Positions 44,172 through 54,103 are shown, counted from the stretch's first letter. The stretch is DNA of 64,000 nt from a virus (IMGVR_UViG_2901802297_000002:15716-79715), one strand, 5' to 3'. Made by a program: numbers and translations. Notes: generated by a model from the sequence alone, not told the origin.

Positions 44172-44473
44172 TAGAACACCGGCCTAAGTGCACGCCTGCG
44201 TGTGCCTGGCATACCAAGCTGCCGTTGCAATGTTTTGATCATCGCAGATAGATCTCCAACATTTGCCTGACTGTACGTGACAGCACGGCTGCCATCACCC
44301 TGAGAGTAGCTGACAGAAGCCACACGCTGACCACCCTGCAGGGCAATCAGGGCCATCTGGCAGTTGGTTAGCGCCTGTTGCAGCTGCGCCTTGCTCAGTC
44401 CTGCCAAGAGGCTACTGGCTGGCTCAAAATGAGCCTGCGGTAAACGATACCCAAACGGGCCATAACCACACAT
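44171..44473 (-). CDS. gpW-like head-tail adaptor
   Basis: G.RV.SVSY...R.VTY..A....L..I..L; between TerL and portal. Confidence 0.8.
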   Translation of the reverse strand: MCGYGPFGYRLPQAHFEPASSLLAGLSKAQLQQALTNCQMALIALQGGQRVASVSYSQGDGSRAVTYSQANVGDLSAMIKTLQRQLGMPGTRRRALRPVF

Positions 44474-44484
44474 TCTGTTATCCC

Positions 44485-46503
44485 CTACCCTGCAAGTTTG
44501 GCAGCAAGCCGTTCCATGCGGGTCATTTTCTTCTTCGGTTCTGCGGTTTTTCCCTGAGCCGGCGTATCAGTGATTGCCATTTTCACAGGTTCTTCCGCGA
44601 AAGGATCCACCTCTTCCTGCACTGGCTCTGGTGCGGGTGGATGTTCTGTTGTTTCGGCTTCCAAGGCATCGGCCCGTTTGTTCAGCTTCAGGCCCATGTA
44701 AATCAGACCGCAGAGGGCAGCGTAGCTGTAAACCGCGATATCCAGCGCTTCATTCCGTCGCCCTGGCAAAAGCTCCCAAACACGCACGATTGTGCCGTTG
44801 ATGCTTTTACGCACAGACCTCTCGGACACCATCTGCGCGAAATAGTTTACATCCCGGTCTGCCGGAAAGTGCATATACCCTGGGGCTGGTTGACCGGGCT
44901 CTGGTTGCGGCAGATGCAGACGCGCCCTGATGACATCCTTGGCGGCGTTCACCCCAATGATGACGGGACGAAAGCTTGCCTTGTTACGTGCGCTGGGCCG
45001 TTTGGTTGGCCACACTGGAGATCTAGCACCCCCACGTGCAGACTCACCCTTGATCGCCCAAATGCGACGGCCAAGCCGAGCGCGGCAGAATTCATACACC
45101 CTCTGGGTGTGATGGCCGCCTGAATCGATACACGCCGCCATAATGGTGAATGGTCTGCCATCCGCACGGTACCATGTGCGCTTCAGCACATCGTCCACGC
45201 GTGCCCAGGTTTCGGGCATTTCAGGATCACCATCCACCACAATAACAGCGATGGACCAGCGTTCCTCATTACGGCCCCAGCCGACAACCTCTATTTCAAT
45301 ACGGTCGTCCTGCGTATCTGCCCCGGCTGTCAGAACCACGACACCGAAAGGCACCTCGCCTTCCCAGACCTCTACGCGTGCAGCCAGTGACAGCTCATTA
45401 AGAGCACCGTCCCCTTTATCCTCATAAGGAAGCCCAAGGGTTGTGTTGATGAATGTCTGGCGCCGGATTGGATCCCGATAAACATCCAGCCATTCCTCCA
45501 CCAGCTTTGCCCATGTGGCATTGGGAGAAAGGGAATAGCCTGTCCAGATATGGAAAGAGGCATGCCCCTTGAAGGGCTTGGAAGCTATCCACTTCCCTTT
45601 TGCCACCATATCGGCCTTTTCGGCTTCTGTGATGATGCAGCCGTTATGCCGACACACGTAATAGGCCGTTTCCGGTAGCGGCTTTCCCTTCTCGTCACAG
45701 TCCCATTTTATGCCATATGGGGTTTCCTTTTCACCCCATTCCAGAACCTGCATATCTCCGCAATGCGGGCATGGAACATGAAACTGGCGGCAGTCTCCTT
45801 CCTCATAGAGTTTTTCTATTCGGCTCAGGCCTGTAACCGTGGGTGTGGATCCTGCGATGATCTTGCGGTTCCAGAATGTCTCTGAACGCTTGGAACCAAG
45901 AGATATCTGATCACCTTCAGATCCCGCACCACCTACCGGATAACCATCCACCTCATCAAAAATAACGATACGCACGGTGATACGGCGGAAACCACCCGGA
46001 GAGTTGGCCCCTACCAACTTCAGAGATGAGCCATTCCGCATCGTCTTGGACAGCAGAGTGTTCTCGCCACTTTTGGCCTTGGTGTCCGGAGCAATGGCAG
46101 CCAGCACAGGGGTATCCCTGAGCATGGGGGCTATTTCCGTTTTACTGTAATCCTCGGCGTCAGTTTCGCGGGGCTGCACAACCAGAATGGGGCATGGATC
46201 CTGCTGCAGAAAATACCCTACAGCATTATCCACAATCTTTGTGTAGCCAACACGCGCTGACTTCATCACAGACACTTTCTCTACGGTATCATCCGTAATC
46301 GCATCCATGATTCCGATCTGGTAGACGTAAGCCTCAAACCGTCCGGTCTGTGCGCTTGTCTCCCGAGAAAGCACTGCATATTCAGCTGACCACTGGCTTA
46401 ACGTCAGCCGTGGCGGGGGTTTCAGGTTCTCAATCTGTGCTCGGTCTAGGAGCTGGAGGAAAAACTTATACCCCTCTGGATAATCCGTTGGTGGGATCTG
46501 CAT
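44485..46503 (-). CDS. terL: Terminase large subunit (lambda gpA family)
   Basis: KSARVGYT, DEVD, STPT, CPHC, DSGG, RNEALD. Confidence 0.95.
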   Translation of the reverse strand: MQIPPTDYPEGYKFFLQLLDRAQIENLKPPPRLTLSQWSAEYAVLSRETSAQTGRFEAYVYQIGIMDAITDDTVEKVSVMKSARVGYTKIVDNAVGYFLQQDPCPILVVQPRETDAEDYSKTEIAPMLRDTPVLAAIAPDTKAKSGENTLLSKTMRNGSSLKLVGANSPGGFRRITVRIVIFDEVDGYPVGGAGSEGDQISLGSKRSETFWNRKIIAGSTPTVTGLSRIEKLYEEGDCRQFHVPCPHCGDMQVLEWGEKETPYGIKWDCDEKGKPLPETAYYVCRHNGCIITEAEKADMVAKGKWIASKPFKGHASFHIWTGYSLSPNATWAKLVEEWLDVYRDPIRRQTFINTTLGLPYEDKGDGALNELSLAARVEVWEGEVPFGVVVLTAGADTQDDRIEIEVVGWGRNEERWSIAVIVVDGDPEMPETWARVDDVLKRTWYRADGRPFTIMAACIDSGGHHTQRVYEFCRARLGRRIWAIKGESARGGARSPVWPTKRPSARNKASFRPVIIGVNAAKDVIRARLHLPQPEPGQPAPGYMHFPADRDVNYFAQMVSERSVRKSINGTIVRVWELLPGRRNEALDIAVYSYAALCGLIYMGLKLNKRADALEAETTEHPPAPEPVQEEVDPFAEEPVKMAITDTPAQGKTAEPKKKMTRMERLAAKLAG

Positions 46504-46990
46504 CCAGCGTCAGTTCCTCTAGGGCACGAAAGATCAGTTTCTCCAGACGGTCCCGCAGTTCCCTTGGCGTTTTGCACCGTGCCAGTGTGGGTGCCTGCTC
46601 TGCAGGGATGGCCAGAAGCTTTGTTCTCACTGTGGCGAACTTGGCACCCACGGCCTTGGCAATCAGGTCAGCATCTACAACACGTCCGGACTTCTGATCA
46701 TATTCCAGCTTGCGTTGGAGGGCCTTGTAATTCTGCTCAACCTGAAACGCTGTTGCCGTGGGCATAAGCCCTTTTGCCAACAGATCAGCGGCTTCTCCTT
46801 CTGCAACCTTGGTTGCATCCGGTTGCGGGTCTGGTTGCACCCCTGAACGGGTGGTCATCCATTCCTCAAAAGAAGCAAGGATTACGCGACCGCCGTCTGA
46901 TTTAATCTTGCCGGCATCAATGTTTTTTTTGATAGCGGGACGGCTGATGCCAGCGCGGCGCGCCGCCTCGCTCTGGCTGATCGTCGTCAC
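46466..46990 (-). CDS. terS: Terminase small subunit (Nu1-like)
   Basis: N-terminal HTH; R.KLL.IP, I..ALEEL. Confidence 0.85.
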   Translation of the reverse strand: MTTISQSEAARRAGISRPAIKKNIDAGKIKSDGGRVILASFEEWMTTRSGVQPDPQPDATKVAEGEAADLLAKGLMPTATAFQVEQNYKALQRKLEYDQKSGRVVDADLIAKAVGAKFATVRTKLLAIPAEQAPTLARCKTPRELRDRLEKLIFRALEELTLDADPTNGLSRGV

Positions 46991-47041
46991 TATCTCACCT
47001 GCAACTGCAACCTAAAAAAATTGCCATATCTAGGGAACAAA

Positions 47042-47086
47042 CGGGCTGGCGCAATCCCCGCGTTTCAAGGGGTCCAGGAAGGACCC
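47042..47086 (-). other. Lambda-like cos region
   Basis: GGGTCCT (identical to lambda cosQ) followed about 20 bp later by GGGGATTGCGCC, just upstream of terS. Confidence 0.6.
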
Positions 47087-47135
47087 AAGCCCCTAGGGGA
47101 GGGGGCACCATCCAAACGCATAGCAGCCATGCGCT

Positions 47136-47792
47136 TCATCGCGCCGTCCTCACGGCCCTCTGGATGGCGTCTGCCAATGCCTGACCCCCTCGGGTAGCGA
47201 CGATCTCCATGCCCCTCTCCGCAAAGCCTAGGCGTTTATTGACTGGCCTGTTGGGAGCAAAGCGAAGAAGAAGCCGCCGCCTATGTTTTTCAGCTCCCTG
47301 CCCAGATCCTGCTTTACCCCGACGTTTGCGTTTCGGCTCCGGCAACCGTTGCCAGACCAGACCACGTGCTTTGTCAATATATACGTCAGTGCGAGCACTC
47401 AGGAGCGCCATGACGCGCTTGAGTGTAGCTCGTGGTATCTGCCCATATGGATCGCGCTTGATATCAACCGGCACAAGTAGGTTACCCTGGTTGCCGTTGG
47501 TTGCATGATCTCCGCCTGTCTCATACGGTTGCAGGTATCGTTCCTGAGCAGGTCGCAATGAGACAACTGCTGTCAGATCGCTTTTGGTCGCCTTCTTTTC
47601 AACCTGTGTTGCACGTAACGTAAACGGGCGCGGATGTTCGAAAATCTTGCTGAATGCATCGTTCTCACCGCGCATGATCTGAAATGCCAGATCATTCAAT
47701 GCAGAGGCCTGCGCGAATGGGATTTGCTTTTGCATGTCTGATAATGCGCGCTGGGCTTCTGATGTATCCAGCTTGATATCAATATCAGCCAA
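47136..47792 (-). CDS. Phage protein (gpZ/HK97 gp10-like)
   Basis: KQIPFA.A.ALN, F..P.PFT, YL...E.GG. Confidence 0.65.
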   Translation of the reverse strand: MADIDIKLDTSEAQRALSDMQKQIPFAQASALNDLAFQIMRGENDAFSKIFEHPRPFTLRATQVEKKATKSDLTAVVSLRPAQERYLQPYETGGDHATNGNQGNLLVPVDIKRDPYGQIPRATLKRVMALLSARTDVYIDKARGLVWQRLPEPKRKRRGKAGSGQGAEKHRRRLLLRFAPNRPVNKRLGFAERGMEIVATRGGQALADAIQRAVRTAR

Positions 47793-47800
47793 TTGGCAGT

Positions 47801-48028
47801 TTACCCATTACGCACAGCAAAGGCATGCGCAGAGCATTCCTGAGCACGCTGTTTAGCCCACACCCGAATACCAGGAAAACGTGCACGAGATGCCAGGCGC
47901 TCATAATGATCTGCTGCCCGTGCCCACACACTGTAATCAGATGTCATTTTGGTGCCGCGCGCAGGGCCATGCTTTTGTGGTCGCCGTGCGCCAACAGCCC
48001 CAGAATGGTTCATTTCTTTACGTCGCAT
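47801..48028 (-). CDS. Hypothetical protein
   Basis: In-operon ORF. Confidence 0.45.
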   Translation of the reverse strand: MRRKEMNHSGAVGARRPQKHGPARGTKMTSDYSVWARAADHYERLASRARFPGIRVWAKQRAQECSAHAFAVRNG

Positions 48029-48207
48029 GACATCCCCGATTTTATGATGATGTATTGCAGCCGCCGTATTTCACGGTGCTGCTCTTCTAACTGGCGAGAT
48101 TTACGGCCCATTTCCCGGCGCAGTTTGAAATTCTCACGCCGCGCAGAAAGCACATCCGTCAGCCAGCGCTTCATGCCTTTGCCAGATCCAGCGATAACAT
48201 TTGCCAA
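48010..48207 (-). CDS. Hypothetical basic coiled-coil protein
   Basis: In-operon ORF. Confidence 0.45.
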   Translation of the reverse strand: MANVIAGSGKGMKRWLTDVLSARRENFKLRREMGRKSRQLEEQHREIRRLQYIIIKSGMSCDVKK

Positions 48208-48803
48208 GCCTGCTCCGGCGTTTCTCGCTTATGAAGCCGAAGATATGCCTTGCTGCTGTCGATACGAATGCTATCTGCAATAGCATCCATGGCCCGCTTC
48301 CACTGTGGCTCGTCTATATTGTGCCGGCGAAGACCAAGGATTTTCGTGGCGGAAAGTTTACCTTCTTTCCCCACATCGAACGCTTCCATCGCAATGGTTT
48401 TTAGGTTCGCGTTCGCGCCCTCAGACCACTCCTCAAAAAGTTCATCCAGCAGACTCTTGGCAACCTGCAGTTCAGGCCCAAAAGAAATGCTCTCACCCAT
48501 GCAAACAGACACGCGCAATCGGCCATCGTAGCTACTCAGCGTGGTATTGCCTTTCGGTCCACCAAGCTTGGCATGATATTTTTCATGCAGCAGAGATTGC
48601 AGCGCAGAAACCTCACTGAAACCGCGCTTCTTGAATTCTGCCAACTCTCTCGCCAGAAGCTTCGCTTGCGCATGAATGGCGCGAACCAGCTCATCTTCCA
48701 GAAGATCTTGCGGCTTTACCTGCGCAACAGGAACCAGACGCCCTTGAGCATCTTTCATATAGCCCTCGGGCACATCGTCCACGGGCTGGGGTGTGTCTGT
48801 CAT
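48171..48803 (-). CDS. DUF3164-family phage protein
   Basis: 210 aa, paralogue of 5104..5736. Confidence 0.8.
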   Translation of the reverse strand: MTDTPQPVDDVPEGYMKDAQGRLVPVAQVKPQDLLEDELVRAIHAQAKLLARELAEFKKRGFSEVSALQSLLHEKYHAKLGGPKGNTTLSSYDGRLRVSVCMGESISFGPELQVAKSLLDELFEEWSEGANANLKTIAMEAFDVGKEGKLSATKILGLRRHNIDEPQWKRAMDAIADSIRIDSSKAYLRLHKRETPEQAWQMLSLDLAKA

Positions 48804-48807
48804 GATG

Positions 48808-49698
48808 TCAGTCCAGATATTTTGCAGAGCCGTCACCCTCACGCACGTGAGAGTAACGTGTGGTTGTAGCGAGAGAGGCATGCCCCAGCGTGGCGCAAAC
48901 CACGTGGGCAGGCGCATTGTTGTCCAATGCGTGCGATGCGTGGGCGTGCCGGAGCCAATGCGCTGAGACACGCGATGACAATCCGGCACGCCGTGCTGCC
49001 CGCTTCACGACACGATGCGCCGCATCTTTCGAGAGCGAGCAGCCATCATGGCCGGGGATAACAGGCGCATCTGGCCCGCTATCAACCCTGAGCGCCATGA
49101 GTTCTTTGAACAGTTTGGCAGGAACCTGCACAGGTCGCGTCTTGTTTCCCTTACCGAAAACGGAAGCAACCGCGCCCTGCTGGCGGCGCGTCAGATCTCG
49201 CCAACGCAAAGCGCAGGCCTCTGAAATGCGCAGCCCCATACGGTACAGAACATTCAGCAGCGCTCGCTTGCGCGGCTCTTCTTCGCCGTCAATCAGCGCA
49301 ATCACCTGCTCACGGGTGAGAATGCGCTCATGCAGCGTGTCTCTCCCTCGCGCTATGCGAAATGCAGATCCTGCATCATGAGAAAGAACGCCAGTCCCCG
49401 CGCCGTAGGAAAGGAGAGATTTAACGGCTGATAATTTTCTTCTGCGCGTGGCATCGGAAGCATTGCCCATGCTGTCAAACCACGCCTGTAGGTCTGGCAA
49501 CACAATCTCGTTAAGTGATTTCCCGGCAAATGCCAGAAGGTCGCGCACGTCTCTCTCGTATGCGCGGCGCGTGTTCTCGCCACGGTTATGCAGCCACGTC
49601 CGGATGCACAGCTCATCGGCAGAAACTGGGGCGGCTTTCACCGCCTCTGGCGCGGGTGATCGGTTACGATCTCCGCTAACCATTTGTTTTCCATACAT
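48808..49698 (-). CDS. XerC-like tyrosine recombinase (resolvase type)
   Basis: GLRISE, GKGNK, HWLRH, LGH, TTRY; paralogue of 5774..6649. Confidence 0.9.
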   Translation of the reverse strand: MYGKQMVSGDRNRSPAPEAVKAAPVSADELCIRTWLHNRGENTRRAYERDVRDLLAFAGKSLNEIVLPDLQAWFDSMGNASDATRRRKLSAVKSLLSYGAGTGVLSHDAGSAFRIARGRDTLHERILTREQVIALIDGEEEPRKRALLNVLYRMGLRISEACALRWRDLTRRQQGAVASVFGKGNKTRPVQVPAKLFKELMALRVDSGPDAPVIPGHDGCSLSKDAAHRVVKRAARRAGLSSRVSAHWLRHAHASHALDNNAPAHVVCATLGHASLATTTRYSHVREGDGSAKYLD

Positions 49699-49725
49699 TA
49701 TGTGGTGTTTTTCACCCCATTAAAT

Positions 49726-49828
49726 CCGCAAGATAACTACACTTATCTTGCGGGTTTTTGGGGTGCTGTACGACTTATCTTGCGGGTGCCCAATACTGGG
49801 GTGCCAGATAAGTCAGCGTTATCATTGC
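49726..49828. other. Recombination (res) site: core CCGCAAGATAA-CTACAC-TTATCTTGCGG plus accessory boxes
   Basis: Perfect 11-6-11 inverted repeat at 49726-49753; TTATCTTGCGG 49775, CCAGATAA ending 49811, TTATCA 49819. Confidence 0.75.
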
Positions 49829-49834
49829 GTCTTT

Positions 49835-49996
49835 TTACCGGCATGCCTGAATGATTGCAGCCACACCGGGGAGCGCTTTTTCGATGGCAAATGCGAGACC
49901 AGTGATTAGAGCAACAAGCATAATCACAGTGAAGCGCCATGCTTTAATTTCATTCATGACTTGTACCAAACGCCAGATATCTTTAAGATCAGACAC
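49835..49996 (-). CDS. 53-aa single-TM membrane micropeptide
   Basis: Manual translation from GTG: MSDLKDIWRLVQVMNEIKAWRFTVIMLVAL...IIQACR. Confidence 0.7.
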   Translation of the reverse strand: MSDLKDIWRLVQVMNEIKAWRFTVIMLVALITGLAFAIEKALPGVAAIIQACR

Positions 49997-50030
49997 GTTC
50001 ATTCCTGGGTCAATCAGGGGTGGACAAAAA

Positions 50031-50065
50031 GAAACCCCCGGCTGTTCACGCAGCGCGGGGGTTTC
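50031..50065 (-). terminator. GC-rich hairpin (terminator or leader)
   Basis: GAAACCCCCG...CGGGGGTTTC, same as 6983..7017. Confidence 0.6.
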
Positions 50066-50067
50066 GC

Positions 50068-50475
50068 TTAATCAGACGGCGCACCGCCAATTTTTCTTCC
50101 GCAACCACCCCACTTTGGGGGCCTCCAGCTGGAGCGAATTGTGCCTGCAGAAATTTGTTCACCTGTCTGGAGCATCATTTCCCGTTGCACCGCAGCTTCT
50201 ACACGCAGCACATCCGCTTCTGCTGCCGGGCCAATGTCGGCAGCCATACGGCGCAATGCACTCCGCGCCACGCGGGCAACACGTGCCGCACGTGCAATGC
50301 GATTGCGCAACAGCAAACCGCTGCCGCCCAGATCAACATCACTGCGATGATAAGGAGGATTGGTGTTGATCAACTGAACAACAAGGCATTCAGGCCCATC
50401 AACACCTAAAACCAGAACCGGCTTTTTCCCGCGCAGCACAATAGAGCCCCGGCAGATACTCCGCCGCTTGCCCAT
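50068..50475 (-). CDS. Hypothetical protein, divergent PemK/MazF-like pattern
   Basis: ICRGSIV..KKPVLVL..LVV.L..H..V.L..GL..IG....V.RVEAAV. Confidence 0.6.
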   Translation of the reverse strand: MGKRRSICRGSIVLRGKKPVLVLGVDGPECLVVQLINTNPPYHRSDVDLGGSGLLLRNRIARAARVARVARSALRRMAADIGPAAEADVLRVEAAVQREMMLQTGEQISAGTIRSSWRPPKWGGCGRKIGGAPSD

Positions 50476-50500
50476 AAGTATGCTCGTATTGTTCGGAAAT

Positions 50501-50578
50501 AAAAAAAAGCCGTGGCCCTCTCAGGCACACGACTTCGAATAGGATACCAGAATAGACAGATTATCTGTGGACAGTCAA
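50501..50578 (-). promoter_or_regulatory. Late promoter plus leader terminator (pR'/tR'-like)
   Basis: TTGACT-18-TATTCT then AGTCGTG...CACGGCTTTTTTTT. Confidence 0.65.
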
Positions 50579-50593
50579 GATAACTCTAAAAAA

Positions 50594-51331
50594 TCAGTTA
50601 TCGTCTTTTTTAGGTTCGATATTGAACCACAGTTTTCCAGGCATCTCTGCATATACGTCTGCCAGCTGCCCTAACAGCAATTCAATGGCGCCAGAAATCT
50701 GACGCCGATCACGCTTGCGCTGCCCCGCAACCTGAGAAATGCTCATATGGTCGATCAGGAAACTATACAGAAATTCTTCTGAACGTTTTCCAAGGTGCTC
50801 TCGAATATATCTGCACCGTTCTGTCCCATGCATGCGGGCAAGCAAAACATATTCAGGATCTGGCTTACCGCCCTTACTAGATTCTTCCGGATCTTTGGCA
50901 CCCATGATTCCGGTCTCATAATCCCGCGCCCACATCTGGGCTGCCGCCACTTCGGCATCACCAATCACGCCAGAAGTATGCAGCTTGTTTAACAGCCCGC
51001 ATGAGCTGGAAACCTCAACTGCCGGTTTACCTTTCTCTTCCAGCCAGATGGTTGCAACGTCACCATGCTGCTGGCGTTCTGGAAGAACTTCACCTGATGG
51101 GCCTGAATGCAATGTAAGTTTTTCGAGCGCATCAACATGTTCATCATCACTAACGTGATGGAATAGTTTGCATTCTCGCAGTGGAAAGGATTTCTCGCCT
51201 AATCCAATACCAAATGCACGTATGCCATCATCATAAGCATACTGGAAACGAAAGGCATCTATCTTCCCTTCCCGATATATAATCCAATCCCCTGCCCGGA
51301 ATTGAATGTCCTTTGGCTCTTTCTGGGTCAC
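50594..51331 (-). CDS. Putative late-gene regulator with extra N-terminal domain
   Basis: C-terminal ~165 aa homologous to 7530..8021. Confidence 0.6.
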   Translation of the reverse strand: MTQKEPKDIQFRAGDWIIYREGKIDAFRFQYAYDDGIRAFGIGLGEKSFPLRECKLFHHVSDDEHVDALEKLTLHSGPSGEVLPERQQHGDVATIWLEEKGKPAVEVSSSCGLLNKLHTSGVIGDAEVAAAQMWARDYETGIMGAKDPEESSKGGKPDPEYVLLARMHGTERCRYIREHLGKRSEEFLYSFLIDHMSISQVAGQRKRDRRQISGAIELLLGQLADVYAEMPGKLWFNIEPKKDDN

Positions 51332-51549
51332 GTTGCTGCCCTACCTCTTCTGGTGTACCGTCCTCGGGCATCACGTGGTTGTTCGTATGCATCCAAACGG
51401 CGCTGCAGAGTGGTGATTTCCAGTTCAGACTCTGCGCGCCGTTTTCTTTCTTTCGCCAATTCAGCTTTCAGATTTTCAAAGGCATCAATCGGGTTGGGCT
51501 TGCCTGCGGCCTGCAACCGCAAGTTTCGTAACAGCTTAAAGAAACTCAT
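51328..51549 (-). CDS. Small coiled-coil phage protein
   Basis: Homologue of 7988..8251. Confidence 0.7.
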   Translation of the reverse strand: MSFFKLLRNLRLQAAGKPNPIDAFENLKAELAKERKRRAESELEITTLQRRLDAYEQPRDARGRYTRRGRAAT

Positions 51550-51782
51550 GGCCGCTGCTCCCAACTGTTATCGGCACGCTCTTTCATGCGGCCGAGTGAA
51601 AACATGCAACCGAACCCCAACCAACAGCCTAAAAATTGAACCACGGACAAGATTGTCACAAACCAGAAGCCAGCCCCTCTTTCTTGAGCAGTCACAGAGC
51701 CCAGAAGAAAAACATTGTTGATGAATAGGCCTGCCACAGCGCCAAACAATGGAAGGACCCATTTCAGAACTTTTCTATTCAT
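51546..51782 (-). CDS. Two-TM membrane protein
   Basis: Hydrophobic helices; ATGA coupling. Confidence 0.55.
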   Translation of the reverse strand: MNRKVLKWVLPLFGAVAGLFINNVFLLGSVTAQERGAGFWFVTILSVVQFLGCWLGFGCMFSLGRMKERADNSWEQRP

Positions 51783-52342
51783 GACGGCATCTCACCAACT
51801 TTAGGCAGGAACTTCACAACAGGGTCGCCTTTCCACCCGTGCTCAAAAACAAACCATGCGTAAGCAATGGCGCCACCTTTCGCGGGAATATCGGTGCCAC
51901 CCGGCGGCATGGAAATACGCTTGCTGGACACCCAGACACGTGCCAGCGGAACAGTCGGAAACCATTCCCCGCGCTTAATCCCTTCCAGAAAGGCTAGACG
52001 CAGCAGCACACACACGCGGTCTTTCGTCTTGGCCAAGCAAGCCGTGATAAAGTCTTCCGGCGCGCCATATGGGGGATTGCTGACAACATTTGTGGGCAAG
52101 GAAATAGATAAAGACTGCTCATAGCTCAGGCGTGGATACGTGCCGCCTGCCCGATCTTGAATGTCTGAACCACCAGCAAAAACCCCGTGGCTGCTCAGAA
52201 CACGCACGATATTCCCGCCGCCGCAGCACGGATCCAGCACAGTCCCCATAAATGGGCGCTCACCTTTGACCAGGGCATGAACGCACCACGCGGGCTCAAC
52301 ATACCAATCATCCTTGTGCCGCTCATAACCAGAATGCCTCAT
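51779..52342 (-). CDS. Orphan amino-methyltransferase (probably N6-adenine DNA)
   Basis: VLDPCCGGG SAM motif followed by SNPPY. Confidence 0.8.
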   Translation of the reverse strand: MRHSGYERHKDDWYVEPAWCVHALVKGERPFMGTVLDPCCGGGNIVRVLSSHGVFAGGSDIQDRAGGTYPRLSYEQSLSISLPTNVVSNPPYGAPEDFITACLAKTKDRVCVLLRLAFLEGIKRGEWFPTVPLARVWVSSKRISMPPGGTDIPAKGGAIAYAWFVFEHGWKGDPVVKFLPKVGEMPS

Positions 52343-53511
52343 CCCACAGCCTCCATCATGGCGGGGTGTTCACGGTAATAGGCTGCATAATCCTCAACGC
52401 GGCGTTTGATATCTGCTGGAGGAAAGCCGTGTTTCTCCGCTTGAGCAGCAAAAGCTGTATCAGCACGCTCAATGTTTCTGTCATTGAGGTGGAAAAGACT
52501 TTGCCAAAGCCGTTCAGCTTCTCGAAGCCTCTGGGTGGCATAGGGCTTCACAGGGTCGGATACAGTCTGCGGTTCCTGCTCCTGAGCATCTGAAAGCCGG
52601 TCTCTCACATTCTGCAGCTCAATCTGGCGGAAGACCTCAGCCTCAAAGACCTTGAACTTTCTCGGTTCTTCAGTATTTCCGCGCATTTTCTCGGTATGCG
52701 CACGAATGGCGGTGATGATCGTATCAGGCTGTGCACCAGCCTTCAGCCATCTCTTGGCAAATGAGACCGCGTAACCAGCCTGATCTTCCATGCCCGTTGC
52801 AGCAATCATTCGCGCTACGGTCTGCGAGACCAGCTCAGGAGAGATGTCCACGCTTGGGTTTTGGGTTTCCCCAGAAATAGAACTAGAAGGAATATTAGTA
52901 TCTCTCTCTAATTCTAGATCTATGGAACCCACGGAACCCAAATTTTCAGAAACCGAAACCGAATTGGGTTTTTTGTTTGGGTTTTGGGTTTCGGTTTTTC
53001 CACCCTGAATAACCGATGCCAAAGGCATGTGGCGTTGGTTACGGTCAGCAACTGCCTTCTTTCCGCTCCCTGGTGGGCGTCCACCCTTTTTCCCATTCTC
53101 ACGTGCGGTAATCTGCTTGCGTGTCAGGCCCGGTGGCACATCACCCTCTTCCTGCCGCTGCTGCCAATCTGCATCAGCTGCGGCCTTGCGGGCAGCGCGT
53201 TCTTCCTTGCGTAGCAGTTTGTCATACAGGTGTGGGCTAAACAGTGCGCCTTCATCATCCCGCGCCATAAAGCCAGCCTTCACAACAGCCGGCAGCACAC
53301 GGTCCAGTTCAGAACGGGGCATCCATGATTGCGCGGCAATCTGCCCATCATCCAGAACCATCTCACCTGCGCGAAATACCGTGGTCCGCATGCTTTTCAG
53401 TGCATCATGTAGGCTTTGCACTACACCACGCATTTCTGCCGGCATGCTACGCAGCATGTTCCATGGTGTAAGGGTGCTGCGGTCAAATTCAGCAATAACA
53501 GGCCGCATCAT
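52339..53511 (-). CDS. Phage replication initiator
   Basis: Homologue of 8248..9438; ARENGKKGGRP. Confidence 0.7.
   Translation of the reverse strand: MMRPVIAEFDRSTLTPWNMLRSMPAEMRGVVQSLHDALKSMRTTVFRAGEMVLDDGQIAAQSWMPRSELDRVLPAVVKAGFMARDDEGALFSPHLYDKLLRKEERAARKAAADADWQQRQEEGDVPPGLTRKQITARENGKKGGRPPGSGKKAVADRNQRHMPLASVIQGGKTETQNPNKKPNSVSVSENLGSVGSIDLELERDTNIPSSSISGETQNPSVDISPELVSQTVARMIAATGMEDQAGYAVSFAKRWLKAGAQPDTIITAIRAHTEKMRGNTEEPRKFKVFEAEVFRQIELQNVRDRLSDAQEQEPQTVSDPVKPYATQRLREAERLWQSLFHLNDRNIERADTAFAAQAEKHGFPPADIKRRVEDYAAYYREHPAMMEAVG
52855..53000. repeat. Putative origin iterons
   Basis: TGGGTT/AACCCA/GAAACC repeats around an AT-rich tract. Confidence 0.5.
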
Positions 53512-53559
53512 ATTTCTCCCGGCTTGTATTGCGTATCATAGCAGCACTCGGCACGGTGG

Positions 53560-53594
53560 CCTGCTGCCTGCTGCCTGCTGCCTGCTGCCTGCTG
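53560..53594. repeat. Tandem repeat (CCTGCTG)x5
   Basis: Five perfect 7-mers between cII and rep. Confidence 0.9.
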
Positions 53595-53602
53595 TGCGTT
53601 GC

Positions 53603-54103
53603 TCAACCATGCGCGGCATCTCCCATCGGGCGCACAATATGCGGCTTGGCAGATTTCTGAACTGCGCGGCCAAACGCTATGGCCTGCTCCAGAATGCGCT
53701 GGGCATGCAGCATTTTGGGAATGATCTCGTCAGCTTCTTCAGGGTCTAGCTGGTTATCTTCCAGCACCTTCATGGCCGTGGCCATTACATCCACAGATGC
53801 CATGCCAAACTGGCTCATATCCTTGCCAAAATCGCTGGTACCAACACGTAGGGGCATCAACACGTAGCCCAGCGCATGGGCCATGGCCTCCAGAATGAAC
53901 GGATGCTCAGCGCAGTGGTCCAGATCCACAGCCACATCCACCGGCACCACGCATTCCTTGGAGCGGTTCTGGTAATCAGAAAACTGGGTGCGCCCCACGC
54001 GGGAAATACGTGCAGCGGCATCTACGCCACCAACATGCGTGAGGGCCGTTTTGGTGGCCGTCTTAATGGCTGGAACAAATGCAGAGGAAAATGGAGCGCT
54101 CAT
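53603..54103 (-). CDS. CII-like regulatory protein
   Basis: Homologue of 9860..10357. Confidence 0.7.
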   Translation of the reverse strand: MSAPFSSAFVPAIKTATKTALTHVGGVDAAARISRVGRTQFSDYQNRSKECVVPVDVAVDLDHCAEHPFILEAMAHALGYVLMPLRVGTSDFGKDMSQFGMASVDVMATAMKVLEDNQLDPEEADEIIPKMLHAQRILEQAIAFGRAVQKSAKPHIVRPMGDAAHG

